In this document: piece after piece, positions 8,160 to 16,064 of the stretch
Layout: every line of letters begins with the position of its first letter
How positions within the stretch are numbered: the first letter of the stretch is position 1
DNA from: Desulfobaccales bacterium
GTDB lineage: Bacteria; Desulfobacterota; Desulfobaccia; Desulfobaccales; 0-14-0-80-60-11
Assembly: GCA_052147455.1 (NCBI GenBank)
Contig: JBKQKO010000001.1
Coordinates: 9,379 to 73,378 of the forward strand
Direction: 5' to 3'
Length of the DNA stretch: 64,000 nucleotides
Position numbers and translations under genes: made by a program
The notes under the pieces: generated by a model
What the model was told of the DNA's origin: nothing
Seen by the model: only the letters and a program-made list of their open reading frames with translations
Database searches by the model: none

Positions 8160-9926
8160 ATGAAGGTGGTGCTGGCCCGCACCGCCGGCTTCTGCATCGG
8201 CGTCAAGCGGGCTCTGGAGCTGGTCCTGGAGGCCATCAACGAAACCCAGACCCAGATCTATACCTATGGTCCGCTGATCCACAATCCCCAGGTGCTGGAT
8301 CTGTTGCGGGAGCGGGGGATCACGGTGCTCAAACCCGGTGAAGCGGTGCCGGAGGGACTGGTGGTGATCCGGGCCCACGGCATCCCCCCGCGGGAGCGGC
8401 AGCAGTTGGAGGGCGGCGCCTCCCGCATCATCGACGCCACCTGTCCCCGGGTGGCCAAGGTCCAGGCCATCATCCGGCGCTGGGCCGCCAAGGGCCACGC
8501 CACCATCATCGTCGGCGACGCCGACCACCCGGAGGTGGAGGGTCTGCTGGGCTATACCGGGGGCCGGGGCCACGTGGTGGCCAGCACCCGGGAGGTGGCC
8601 GCCTTGCCGGAGTTGGGCGCCCCCATCGTGGTAGCCCAGACCACCCAGAGCGAAGCCCTGTTCGAGAAGCGGGTGGGGGAAATCAAGACCCGCTTCCCCA
8701 GGGCCCACATCTTCAATACCATCTGCGACGCCACCGCCTTCCGCCAGGCGGAGGTGCAGGAACTGGCCAGCCACGCCGAGGCCCTGGTGGTGGTGGGGGG
8801 GCGCAACAGCGGCAATACCCAGCGCCTGGTGGAGATCTCCCGGGCCACCGGCATCCCCACTTACCACGTGGAGACCGAGCAGGAACTGGACCTGGAGGAG
8901 ATGAGCCGCTACCACACGGTGGGGGTGACCGCCGGGGCCTCCACCCCCCACTGGCTTATCGGCAACGTAGTCAGCACCTTGAAACACGCCTGGGCCTTCC
9001 GTCCCGGTTCCTGGACCAACTACCTCTACCGGGCCTGGCGCTTCTTCCTCAAGTCCAACCTCTATGTGGCCACCGGCGCCGGCTCCCTCAGCTACGTGTC
9101 CTCGCTGCTGCAGCAGGTGGAACCCGAGTTCACCTATTTCTTCGTGGCCTTTTTCTATGTCTACGCCATGCACCTGCTGCACCACTTTACCGACAAGGCC
9201 TCCAAGCTCAACGACCCGGTGCAGACCATGTTTTACGGGCGCCACCGGATGTTTCTCCTGAGCACCGGGGTCATCTCCGCCGGCCTGGCCCTGGCCCTGG
9301 GCGCTTATCTGGGCTGGCTGCCCTTTGTCTTCATCGTCATCATGAGCGGCATCGGCCTGCTTTACAATTTCAAGATCATCCCGGACTCCTTGGCCCGGGT
9401 CACCCTGATCACCACCCTCAAGGCGATTCCCGGCTCCAGGGCGGTGTTCACCGCGGTGGCCTGGGGGGTCCTGGCGGCCCTGATTCCGGTGGTCTGCTCC
9501 GACACCAAACCCGCGGCCTCCGGGGCCACCGCCATCGCCTTCTTGTTCGTGGCGGGGATGATCTTCATCCGTTCCGGCCTCTTTGAGATCATGGCCATGG
9601 AAGGCGACCGGGTGGTGGGCAAAGAGACCCTGGCCATCGCCCTGGGCCGGGAGCGCACCCTGAACCTGTTGTCCGGCTGCTGCCTGGCCTTTGTGGCCAT
9701 GCTGCTGCTGGCCGCCGCGGCCGGGGTCATCCCCTCCCTGGGCTACCTCCTGAGTCTTACGGGCTTCTACGCCCTGGGCTACCTCACCCTCTACCGCCGC
9801 GGCCTCATGGAAGCCGGCCTGATGCTGGAGTCCCTGGTGGAGGGCAACATGATCCTGGCCGGGATTTTGGCCTTTATCTGGGATCCCTATAATACGGTTG
9901 CCGGTTTTTGGTTTTCGATTTTTTAG
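8160..9926 (+). CDS. ispH: IspH (HMBPP reductase) fused to a UbiA-like polytopic membrane domain
   Basis: Residues 1-285 match IspH by eye (AGFCIGVKRA, HNPQV, IRAHG, DATCPRV, HPEVEG, TICDAT, GGRNSGNTQRL, GVTAGASTP). There is no stop at the junction. Residues ~300-588 form 8-9 hydrophobic helices with a UbiA-type motif, EGDRVVGKETLAIALG. Confidence 0.8.
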   Translation: MKVVLARTAGFCIGVKRALELVLEAINETQTQIYTYGPLIHNPQVLDLLRERGITVLKPGEAVPEGLVVIRAHGIPPRERQQLEGGASRIIDATCPRVAKVQAIIRRWAAKGHATIIVGDADHPEVEGLLGYTGGRGHVVASTREVAALPELGAPIVVAQTTQSEALFEKRVGEIKTRFPRAHIFNTICDATAFRQAEVQELASHAEALVVVGGRNSGNTQRLVEISRATGIPTYHVETEQELDLEEMSRYHTVGVTAGASTPHWLIGNVVSTLKHAWAFRPGSWTNYLYRAWRFFLKSNLYVATGAGSLSYVSSLLQQVEPEFTYFFVAFFYVYAMHLLHHFTDKASKLNDPVQTMFYGRHRMFLLSTGVISAGLALALGAYLGWLPFVFIVIMSGIGLLYNFKIIPDSLARVTLITTLKAIPGSRAVFTAVAWGVLAALIPVVCSDTKPAASGATAIAFLFVAGMIFIRSGLFEIMAMEGDRVVGKETLAIALGRERTLNLLSGCCLAFVAMLLLAAAAGVIPSLGYLLSLTGFYALGYLTLYRRGLMEAGLMLESLVEGNMILAGILAFIWDPYNTVAGFWFSIF

Positions 9927-9940
9927 AGGACTGTTTTTCC

Positions 9941-10007
9941 GGCTTTTGGTTTTCGGTGAAGTCAAAGGCAAAATCAACGGCAAGGGCCCTTCCCAGAGAC
10001 AGAAAAC
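9941..10007. repeat. Dispersed ~75-bp repeat, copy B
   Basis: It matches 5970-6050. Confidence 0.8.
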
Positions 10008-10026
10008 CAAACCAGTCTTCTATAAG

Positions 10027-10161
10027 TTGAGACCTTTGCGAAATTCCCCATTTTTGTCATTCTGAGGGAGCGAAGCGACCGAAGAATCTCATAAATACTA
10101 AGGAAATACGAGCTCCTTCGCTTCGCTCAGGATGACAAAGTTGGTTTCGCAGAGGTCTCAA
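10027..10161. mobile_element. MITE-like 135-bp hairpin element nested in another repeat
   Basis: The terminal inverted repeats are TTGAGACCTTTGCGAAA and TTTCGCAGAGGTCTCAA. The inner palindrome is GTCATTCTGAGGGAGCGAAGCGACCGAAGAATCTC...CTTCGCTTCGCTCAGGATGAC. The related repeat at 17845-17987 lacks it at exactly this point. Confidence 0.7.
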
Positions 10162-10273
10162 GCTTTAGCCTGCGCCGCACAGGCGAGACGCCTGTGCCAC
10201 CAGGAAAAGCTTCATCTTCCCGCAAACCGGCACCAGAATTCCCTACCGAAAACCGCAAACCGTCTTCAAAAGG
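10162..10273. repeat. Dispersed ~130-bp repeat, copy B (interrupted; the left part is ~10001-10026)
   Basis: TAGCCTGCGCCGCNCAGGCGAGACGCCTGTGCCACCAG...CCTACCGAAAACCG aligns with 17845-17987. Confidence 0.75.
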
Positions 10274-10302
10274 TGGGGCGCAAATTTTTTTGAAAAATTT
10301 TA

Positions 10303-10331
10303 TTGACAAATGCTATACGCCATTCTAATAT
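10303..10331 (+). promoter_or_regulatory. Sigma70-type promoter candidate for the porin gene
   Basis: TTGACA (10303-10308), a 17-nt spacer and TAATAT (10326-10331), with an A/T-rich UP-like tract upstream. Confidence 0.55.
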
Positions 10332-10446
10332 GGCGCTGGGAAAAACCGAGAGAGAGAAAGGAGGTGGGATAAAGCAGGTAAAAGTGATAGTTAGGCATTT
10401 ACGGAAAGGAGAAACTGGTAACCTACTTTCCTAATCACAAGGGGGA

Positions 10447-11874
10447 ATGATGAAGAAAATTCTAATTTTCGCGGTAGTTTTGTCTCTACTGGTGCCCGCG
10501 GCCGCCTTTGCCGCCACCGAATTTAGCCTGGGTGGCTATGTGAAGTTGGATTCCTATTATGATTCCACCCAGAACGGCTCCGACATTAATGCCCCCGTGT
10601 TACGCAACAACGATAACACGGCGGCGGACACCTTTCACCATGGCAACGTGAGATTCACGGCCATGGGTTCCCGTTTCAACTTCACCATCAAGGGACCCGA
10701 TGTCCTGGGAGCCAAGCTCACCGGCTTCATCGAAATGGACTTCGAGTCAACCACCAACCAGAACGTCAGCGCGTCCAACGCTTATGTACCGCGTTTGCGG
10801 CACGCCATGTTCCGGTTGAACTGGCCCGGCGATACCGAACTGATCTTCGGCCAGTACTGGTCCATGTTCTGCGATTGGTATGCTGAAGTGGATGAAGACG
10901 GGCCCTTCCAGGTCACCGGCACGCCCACCGCCAGACTAGCCCAGATCCGGTTCACTCAGGGGTTCTTGGGGGACTGGAAGGTGGCCGCTCTGATTGGGCA
11001 GGCCAACAATGACGCTGGCATTTTTGCCGGCAGCCCTTATGACTCGACTGCCAGCACCAACAACGGCGGTGAGGCGGAAACGCCCCAGGTACAGGGGCAA
11101 GTCAAGTACCAGCACGACTGGTGGGGCAAGGCCGCCTTTTACGGCCATCCGATACCCTTCACCGCGTCGGTTACCGCGGGCTGGCAGCGCAATGTCGAGC
11201 GGCCTGGTAATGCTGGTCTTAATTCCTTACAAGGCGGCCAGGCTACTGCCGTTACTACCGGTGTTGAGTTTTTTGACCATACCTATGTCGCTCCCTGGAT
11301 GGTGCAGGGCGCTCTGTTCATCCCGATCATCCCGACCCACAGCGACGATCTGACCAACACCATGCATCTCCTGATCACGCCGTGGATCGGCCAGGGCGTC
11401 AATGCCTTTGGTATGACCGGCGACAGCACCAACGTCTTCAAGTTTAACGATAACTTTTTAGCTGGTCATACCCGGGTTGACGCGGAATTGCTGAAGCGTT
11501 ACGGGTTACTGGGCGAAGCGCAGTACTACTTCACCAACCAGTGGTACCTGAACGCTGCCTATGGCGTCACCGCGGCGATGGGTATCAATCAACAATTAAT
11601 TGCTGGTGGTATACCGCAGTTTGCTTACAACGCTGCGGCGGCTCAGATTAGGACCATGCAGCAGGTGGACGCGACCCTGTGGTATCGGCCCGTCGCGGCC
11701 CTCAAGTTCGGCTTGCAGTATTCCTACGCCCATTGCCAATTCTTGATGGATGCCTTTCCCAATGGCACCGTCCCGAATGTCAACAATGGTGTGGCCACCG
11801 CGAATACGGGTCTCAGTCTCTCTAAAGTTGGAGACGAGCACCGCGTAGAGTTCGTCGGTTTCTTCTACTTCTAA
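10447..11874 (+). CDS. Outer-membrane beta-barrel porin
   Basis: The signal peptide is MMKKILIFAVVLSLLVPAAAFA. The body is rich in Gly, Tyr and Asn. The C-terminus EFVGFFYF is typical of OM barrels. Confidence 0.7.
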   Translation: MMKKILIFAVVLSLLVPAAAFAATEFSLGGYVKLDSYYDSTQNGSDINAPVLRNNDNTAADTFHHGNVRFTAMGSRFNFTIKGPDVLGAKLTGFIEMDFESTTNQNVSASNAYVPRLRHAMFRLNWPGDTELIFGQYWSMFCDWYAEVDEDGPFQVTGTPTARLAQIRFTQGFLGDWKVAALIGQANNDAGIFAGSPYDSTASTNNGGEAETPQVQGQVKYQHDWWGKAAFYGHPIPFTASVTAGWQRNVERPGNAGLNSLQGGQATAVTTGVEFFDHTYVAPWMVQGALFIPIIPTHSDDLTNTMHLLITPWIGQGVNAFGMTGDSTNVFKFNDNFLAGHTRVDAELLKRYGLLGEAQYYFTNQWYLNAAYGVTAAMGINQQLIAGGIPQFAYNAAAAQIRTMQQVDATLWYRPVAALKFGLQYSYAHCQFLMDAFPNGTVPNVNNGVATANTGLSLSKVGDEHRVEFVGFFYF

Positions 11875-11898
11875 CCCAAAAGCGGTTGACTTCCAAAA

Positions 11899-11931
11899 GC
11901 CCACAGGGTAATATCCCTGTGGGCTTTTTTT
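11899..11931 (+). terminator. Rho-independent terminator of the porin gene
   Basis: GCCCACAGGG-TAATAT-CCCTGTGGGC is followed by TTTTTTT. Confidence 0.8.
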
Positions 11932-11939
11932 GTTAAAGA

Positions 11940-11974
11940 CGGTTTGCGGTTTCCGGTTTGCGGTTTTCGGTAAA
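11940..11974. repeat. Heptamer tandem repeat (CGGTTTN) x5
   Basis: CGGTTTG CGGTTTC CGGTTTG CGGTTTT CGGTAAA, read directly from the sequence. Confidence 0.9.
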
Positions 11975-12117
11975 ACCTAAAATCGGTTAGCGGATGAGGT
12001 TAGGATTTTACCGGAAACCGAAAATTCTGGATAATTCTCTTTCTTTTTTAGCGAAAATCGAAAACTTAAAAAGGAATGAAAAGGGATAATATAATGTTTA
12101 AGCATCTCTGGGATCTT

Positions 12118-12148
12118 ACCGCAAACCGCAAACCGCAAACCGCAAACC
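12118..12148. repeat. Heptamer tandem repeat (ACCGCAA) x4.4, the inverse orientation of the CGGTTTN family
   Basis: Read directly from the sequence. It lies just upstream of ATG 12151. Confidence 0.9.
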
Positions 12149-12150
12149 TG

Positions 12151-13305
12151 ATGTTCAGGAAATTAAGTGGCTTGCTAGTGGTGATTATGGTTCTGGCCTG
12201 CGGTGTCCCCGTCTTTATGGGTTGCTCTACCACCTGGGGCAATATGAAGCATTGGGCGGGATATCCTGCGGGAGATAAAGAAGAGGAGGCTGAGGCCGTA
12301 CCCCCCGAGGCCCAACAAGAGACGGTGATGATCGACGGCAAGCCTTATGTCCGCAGCAAGAACCCCTACTGGCTTACCTACCCGAATCAGCCGGAATATA
12401 TCTACGTGGAGAAGGGCAGGGAAATGCACACCATGCAAGAATATATAGTCAAATCCCTGGCCACGGCCATTGGTAAGCAACAAGCACAGGCCGCTGGCCA
12501 GCCCATTCCCCCCGATAAGCTGCAGGAGCTGGTGAAGGCCGAGGTGGACCGCATCCTCCGGGAACAGGGGCTGGGCGGCTTTGTCTCCCAGGGGGGAGGA
12601 GCCAAGTCCCCGTATATGGGGCGCTCCGTGGCGGTGATCCCCGACCTGGATACGCCCAGCAGTTATGAAGGCCTTAACCGCACCCTGGCCATTTCGCTGG
12701 GGGAAGCCTTGGGACGGACCAAGGACATCCAGGTGGCGGACCAGGGCAGGGTCAAGGAGGCCCTGGGCAAGGCCGGGATCATGGGGAAGCTGACTCTGCC
12801 GAACAACATCAAGGCCCTGGGTGATAGCCTGGGGGTTCAGGGCATAGTGCTCACCGGCATCATAGCGCCGGAGCAGGGCGCGCCGGGGGCCATGGCCCTG
12901 CAGATTTACGACAGCTTCACCGGGAGCAAGGAGCAATCCGTCGCCGGTACGGCTAATGGCGCCATGAACGCCGAGGCGGTGGCCAAGTTCGCCAATGACA
13001 ATGCCCTGCGGGTGGGCGGCGTCCTGGTGAACACTAGCTGGTTCGGCCGGGTCGATTTTGTCAAAGAGGGCAAGGTTTATCTCAACCTGGGCCAGAACAC
13101 CGGCGTCAAGGTGGGTGACCGCCTGCAGGTGGTGGCTCCGGGTAAAGAGGTGGTCAACCCCACCACCCACGCCACCCTCGGATACACCGCGGACGAGACC
13201 AAGGGGGAATTGAAGGTGACGGGGCTGATAGGGAATACCGGGGCGGAGGCCACTCCGGTGAGCGGCGGCCCCTTCAATGCCAACGACCGGGTGCGGGCGA
13301 AGTGA
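12151..13305 (+). CDS. Putative lipoprotein (family uncertain)
   Basis: I placed the start at ATG 12151. A signal sequence with lipobox VPVFMG-C is present. The 384-aa soluble body has no motif I can name. Confidence 0.6.
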   Translation: MFRKLSGLLVVIMVLACGVPVFMGCSTTWGNMKHWAGYPAGDKEEEAEAVPPEAQQETVMIDGKPYVRSKNPYWLTYPNQPEYIYVEKGREMHTMQEYIVKSLATAIGKQQAQAAGQPIPPDKLQELVKAEVDRILREQGLGGFVSQGGGAKSPYMGRSVAVIPDLDTPSSYEGLNRTLAISLGEALGRTKDIQVADQGRVKEALGKAGIMGKLTLPNNIKALGDSLGVQGIVLTGIIAPEQGAPGAMALQIYDSFTGSKEQSVAGTANGAMNAEAVAKFANDNALRVGGVLVNTSWFGRVDFVKEGKVYLNLGQNTGVKVGDRLQVVAPGKEVVNPTTHATLGYTADETKGELKVTGLIGNTGAEATPVSGGPFNANDRVRAK

Positions 13306-13342
13306 GGGGCGACAGTGGCACAGGCTTCCAGCCGGTGATTGG
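13306..13342. repeat. REP-like module GCACAGTGGCACAGGNNNNCAGCCNGTG (copy 1 of 3)
   Basis: It shares its core with 48316-48355 and 56708-56743, and contains an internal hairpin CACAGG/CCGGTG. Confidence 0.7.
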
Positions 13343-13518
13343 AAAAGTCGCCCGTGTAGGTGAGGGCACTGCCCACCATCAGGCCTAGTCCCGATAACCT
13401 GGGGCCACAGGCTGATTTAAGAGAAAACGTAGGGGCGACCCGCTGGGTCGCCCTTGCTTTGTATGTTTAAGGCTGGGTCCTCCCCTCAATTTTAGTTTTT
13501 CAGGAAAAGCTCGCTTTT

Positions 13519-13627
13519 ATCCCCTCCCCCTTGAGGGGGGAGGGTAGGGTGGGAGTGGTATTGGAGTCTTAGCCGCAACAACTGAGCCACCCTCCCCCCA
13601 GCCCCTTCCCCTCTCAGGGAGGGGGAG
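13519..13627. repeat. Inverted pair of GC-rich REP units (CCCCTCCCCC..GGGGGGAGGGTAGGGTGGGAG type)
   Basis: 13519-13555 and 13587-13627 are mutually complementary. The same unit type recurs at 15038-15174 and around 2112-2160. Confidence 0.75.
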
Positions 13628-13649
13628 TTTGCCAAGGCCTCCTGACCGT

Positions 13650-14933
13650 TCACTGCTTATCGATCTTCTCCATTCCTCCCAGGTAAGGCCGCAGCTTTTC
13701 AGGAATAATGACGCTGCCGTCCGGTTGCTGAAAGTTTTCCAGGATGGCCACCAGGGTGCGGCCCACGGCCAGGCCGGAGCCATTCAGGGTGTGGGCCAGC
13801 TCGGTGCCTTTGGCCCCGGGGCGCCGCAGGCGGATGGCGCCACGCCGGGCCTGGTAGTCCTCAAAGTTGCTGCAGGAGGAAATCTCCCGGTAGAGCCCCT
13901 GGCCCGGCAGCCAGACTTCGAGGTCGTAGGTCTTGGCCGCGGCGAAGCCCAGGTCCCCGGTGCACAATACTACCACCCGGTAAGGCAGCCCCAGTTCCTG
14001 GAGGACCGTCTCCGCATCCCTAAGCAGCAGCTCCAGCTCCTCGTAGGAAGTTTCGGGGGTGGTGAATTTCACCAATTCCACTTTGTCAAACTGGTGCTGG
14101 CGGATCAGGCCCCGGACGTCCTTGCCATGGGAGCCCGCCTCGGAGCGGAAGCAGGGGGTATAGGCGGTGTAACGGATGGGCAGGTTCTCGGCCGGCAGGA
14201 TTTCGTCGCGGTGGATGTTGGTCACCGGAACCTCGGCGGTGGGCACCAGGAAATAGTCCCAGCCCTCCAGTTTGAAGAGGTCGTCCCGGAACTTGGGGAG
14301 TTGTCCGGTTGCCAACATGGAGGCCGAGTTGGTCATAAAGGGGGGCAGCACCTCCAGATAGCCGTGCCGAAGGGTGTGCAGGTCCAGCATAAAGTTGATC
14401 AAGGCCCGCTCCAGGGCTGCGCCCGCGCCCCTGAGCAGGGCGAAGCGAGCGCCGGTGATCTTGGCGGCCCGCTCGAAGTCGAGAATTCCCAGGGCTTCCC
14501 CGATCTCCCAATGGGGCCGCGGGGGAAAATCGAAGGCCGGGGGCTCGCCCCAGGTCTTGACCACTGGATTATCATCGCTGCCGGCGCCCAGGGGCACAGA
14601 GGAGTGGGGCAGGTTGGGCGAGGTCAGGAGAAAATCCCGCAGCCAGGCGTCGTGTTGCTCCGCCCTGGCCTCCAGGTCATGGATCTCCTCATTGATCAGC
14701 GCCACCCTGGCTCTGAGGACCTTGGCCTCCTCCTGTTCTCCCTTTTTTATCAGGCCCCCGATTTCCTGGGACAGGCTATTCCGCTGGCGCCGCAGTTCCT
14801 CTACCAGGGTCAGCAGACGGCGGCGCTCGCCCTCGTGGAGGAGAAAGTCAGCCAGAGAGACCTCCAACCCCCGGTTTTTCATGGCCAGTTCCACTTGCGG
14901 CAGATGGTCCCGGACAAATTTCAGATCAAGCAT
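13650..14933 (-). CDS. serS: Seryl-tRNA synthetase
   Basis: The N-terminus is [22 protein letters not shown]. Class II motifs are present ([41 protein letters not shown]). I moved the start to ATG 14933, giving 427 aa. Confidence 0.93.
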   Translation of the reverse strand: MLDLKFVRDHLPQVELAMKNRGLEVSLADFLLHEGERRRLLTLVEELRRQRNSLSQEIGGLIKKGEQEEAKVLRARVALINEEIHDLEARAEQHDAWLRDFLLTSPNLPHSSVPLGAGSDDNPVVKTWGEPPAFDFPPRPHWEIGEALGILDFERAAKITGARFALLRGAGAALERALINFMLDLHTLRHGYLEVLPPFMTNSASMLATGQLPKFRDDLFKLEGWDYFLVPTAEVPVTNIHRDEILPAENLPIRYTAYTPCFRSEAGSHGKDVRGLIRQHQFDKVELVKFTTPETSYEELELLLRDAETVLQELGLPYRVVVLCTGDLGFAAAKTYDLEVWLPGQGLYREISSCSNFEDYQARRGAIRLRRPGAKGTELAHTLNGSGLAVGRTLVAILENFQQPDGSVIIPEKLRPYLGGMEKIDKQ

Positions 14934-15037
14934 GGTTCCCCCCATCAAAGCGAATTCCGCGATTCCCGCAGGCGCGAGGTCTCCAGGCCCGGTTGGGCTA
15001 GTACCTGGTTTCTTAAATATGGTACGTTTCTTGTCGT

Positions 15038-15174
15038 CCCCCCTCACCCCAGCCCTCTCCCCCCGCTGGGGGAGAGGAAGTAAAAAGCCGGTTTCCCCGG
15101 GTTTACTGAGAGGGTCAATGGATTGTATCTTAATCCCCTCTCCCCCGCTGGGGGAGAGGGTTAGGGTGAGGGGG
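15038..15174. repeat. Inverted pair of GC-rich REP units
   Basis: 15038-15077 (CCCCCTCACCCCAGCCCTCTCCCCCCGCTGGGGGAGAGG) is complementary to 15133-15174 (..CCCGCTGGGGGAGAGGGTTAGGGTGAGGGGG). Confidence 0.75.
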
Positions 15175-15233
15175 AATTAATCAGTTGCTCCCGCTATTAA
15201 TAAATACGTTAGCGGATTTATGAAATCGGGTGC

Positions 15234-16064
15234 TCAGGAAACTTCGCCAGGAAGCGGTTGGTCCTCAGTTCCCTGGCCCTCAGGTTTGTCCTGTTCAACA
15301 AATCTTTCCCTGACGCTCTCGATGAGCTTAACCAGGCCGTCGGCATCTTGGCGCTGGATAAAATAGAGGATATCGGCCACCGCATCTTCCAGGGCCCGCA
15401 GGGCCGCTCGGTTGGCGGGGTTCTGCAGCTGGATGCAGGCATACAGCTTGGCGTCCTGGCTGAAGAGGCGCCGGGCCAGGTGGTGCAGGGTGGAAAAGGT
15501 GGGCGTGGCAAAATCCTCCAGGTCTTGGGGGGCCACCCCCAGTTCCCGGATAGCCATCTCCAGGGCGATGAGGCTGAAGTGGGCCAGGCCCTGGACCACG
15601 GACATGAGGCGGTCGTGCTCCTTGGCGGTGGTAATCTTCACCCGGGCCCCGGCGTTGGTGAGGAGGTCCCTGAGCCAGTCGAACCAACGCTCCCCCCGGC
15701 CGTGGCAGAGGACCACGGTTTGGCCGGTGATGTCCTTGGCGCTGGGGCCGAAGAGGGGATGGGTTCCCACCACCTCCCCCGGAAAGTGGGCCAGCATGTC
15801 GCTCATGGGGCCCTGCTTCACCGAAGTCAGGTCCATCAAGGCGGCCTGGGGATGGAGATGGGGGGCCAGTGCCCGAACGGTCTTGGCTACCTCGGGAATA
15901 GGCACGGCAAGCATCACCACGTCGGACAAATGGGCCACTTCCTGGGGAGTCGGCTCCGTATTCAGGTCCGCCACCAGCACTTCCAGGCCCTGGGAGGCGA
16001 AGAAGCGCTGGAACCAGCGGCCCATCTGGCCGCGGCCGCCGATCAGGCCGATCTTTACGGCCAT
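15234..16064 (-). CDS. tyrA: Prephenate dehydrogenase
   Basis: A Rossmann N-terminus KIGLIGGRGQMGRW is present. The protein is 276 aa, and the gene overlaps aroC by 10 nt in an aro operon. Confidence 0.8.
   Translation of the reverse strand: MAVKIGLIGGRGQMGRWFQRFFASQGLEVLVADLNTEPTPQEVAHLSDVVMLAVPIPEVAKTVRALAPHLHPQAALMDLTSVKQGPMSDMLAHFPGEVVGTHPLFGPSAKDITGQTVVLCHGRGERWFDWLRDLLTNAGARVKITTAKEHDRLMSVVQGLAHFSLIALEMAIRELGVAPQDLEDFATPTFSTLHHLARRLFSQDAKLYACIQLQNPANRAALRALEDAVADILYFIQRQDADGLVKLIESVRERFVEQDKPEGQGTEDQPLPGEVS

Noticed and set aside
8115-10010. A 631-aa minus-strand ORF covering the whole ispH fusion gene
   Set aside because: It is antisense to a gene with clear IspH motifs. Its translation is a Gly/Pro/His/Gln/Asp-rich low-complexity string typical of shadow ORFs in high-GC DNA. 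It also runs through intergenic repeats.
12076-12150. The ORF-track start of the lipoprotein gene at 12076
   Set aside because: The extension translates the (ACCGCAA)n heptamer tract (..ANRKPQTANL). ATG 12151 gives a proper signal peptide and lipobox.
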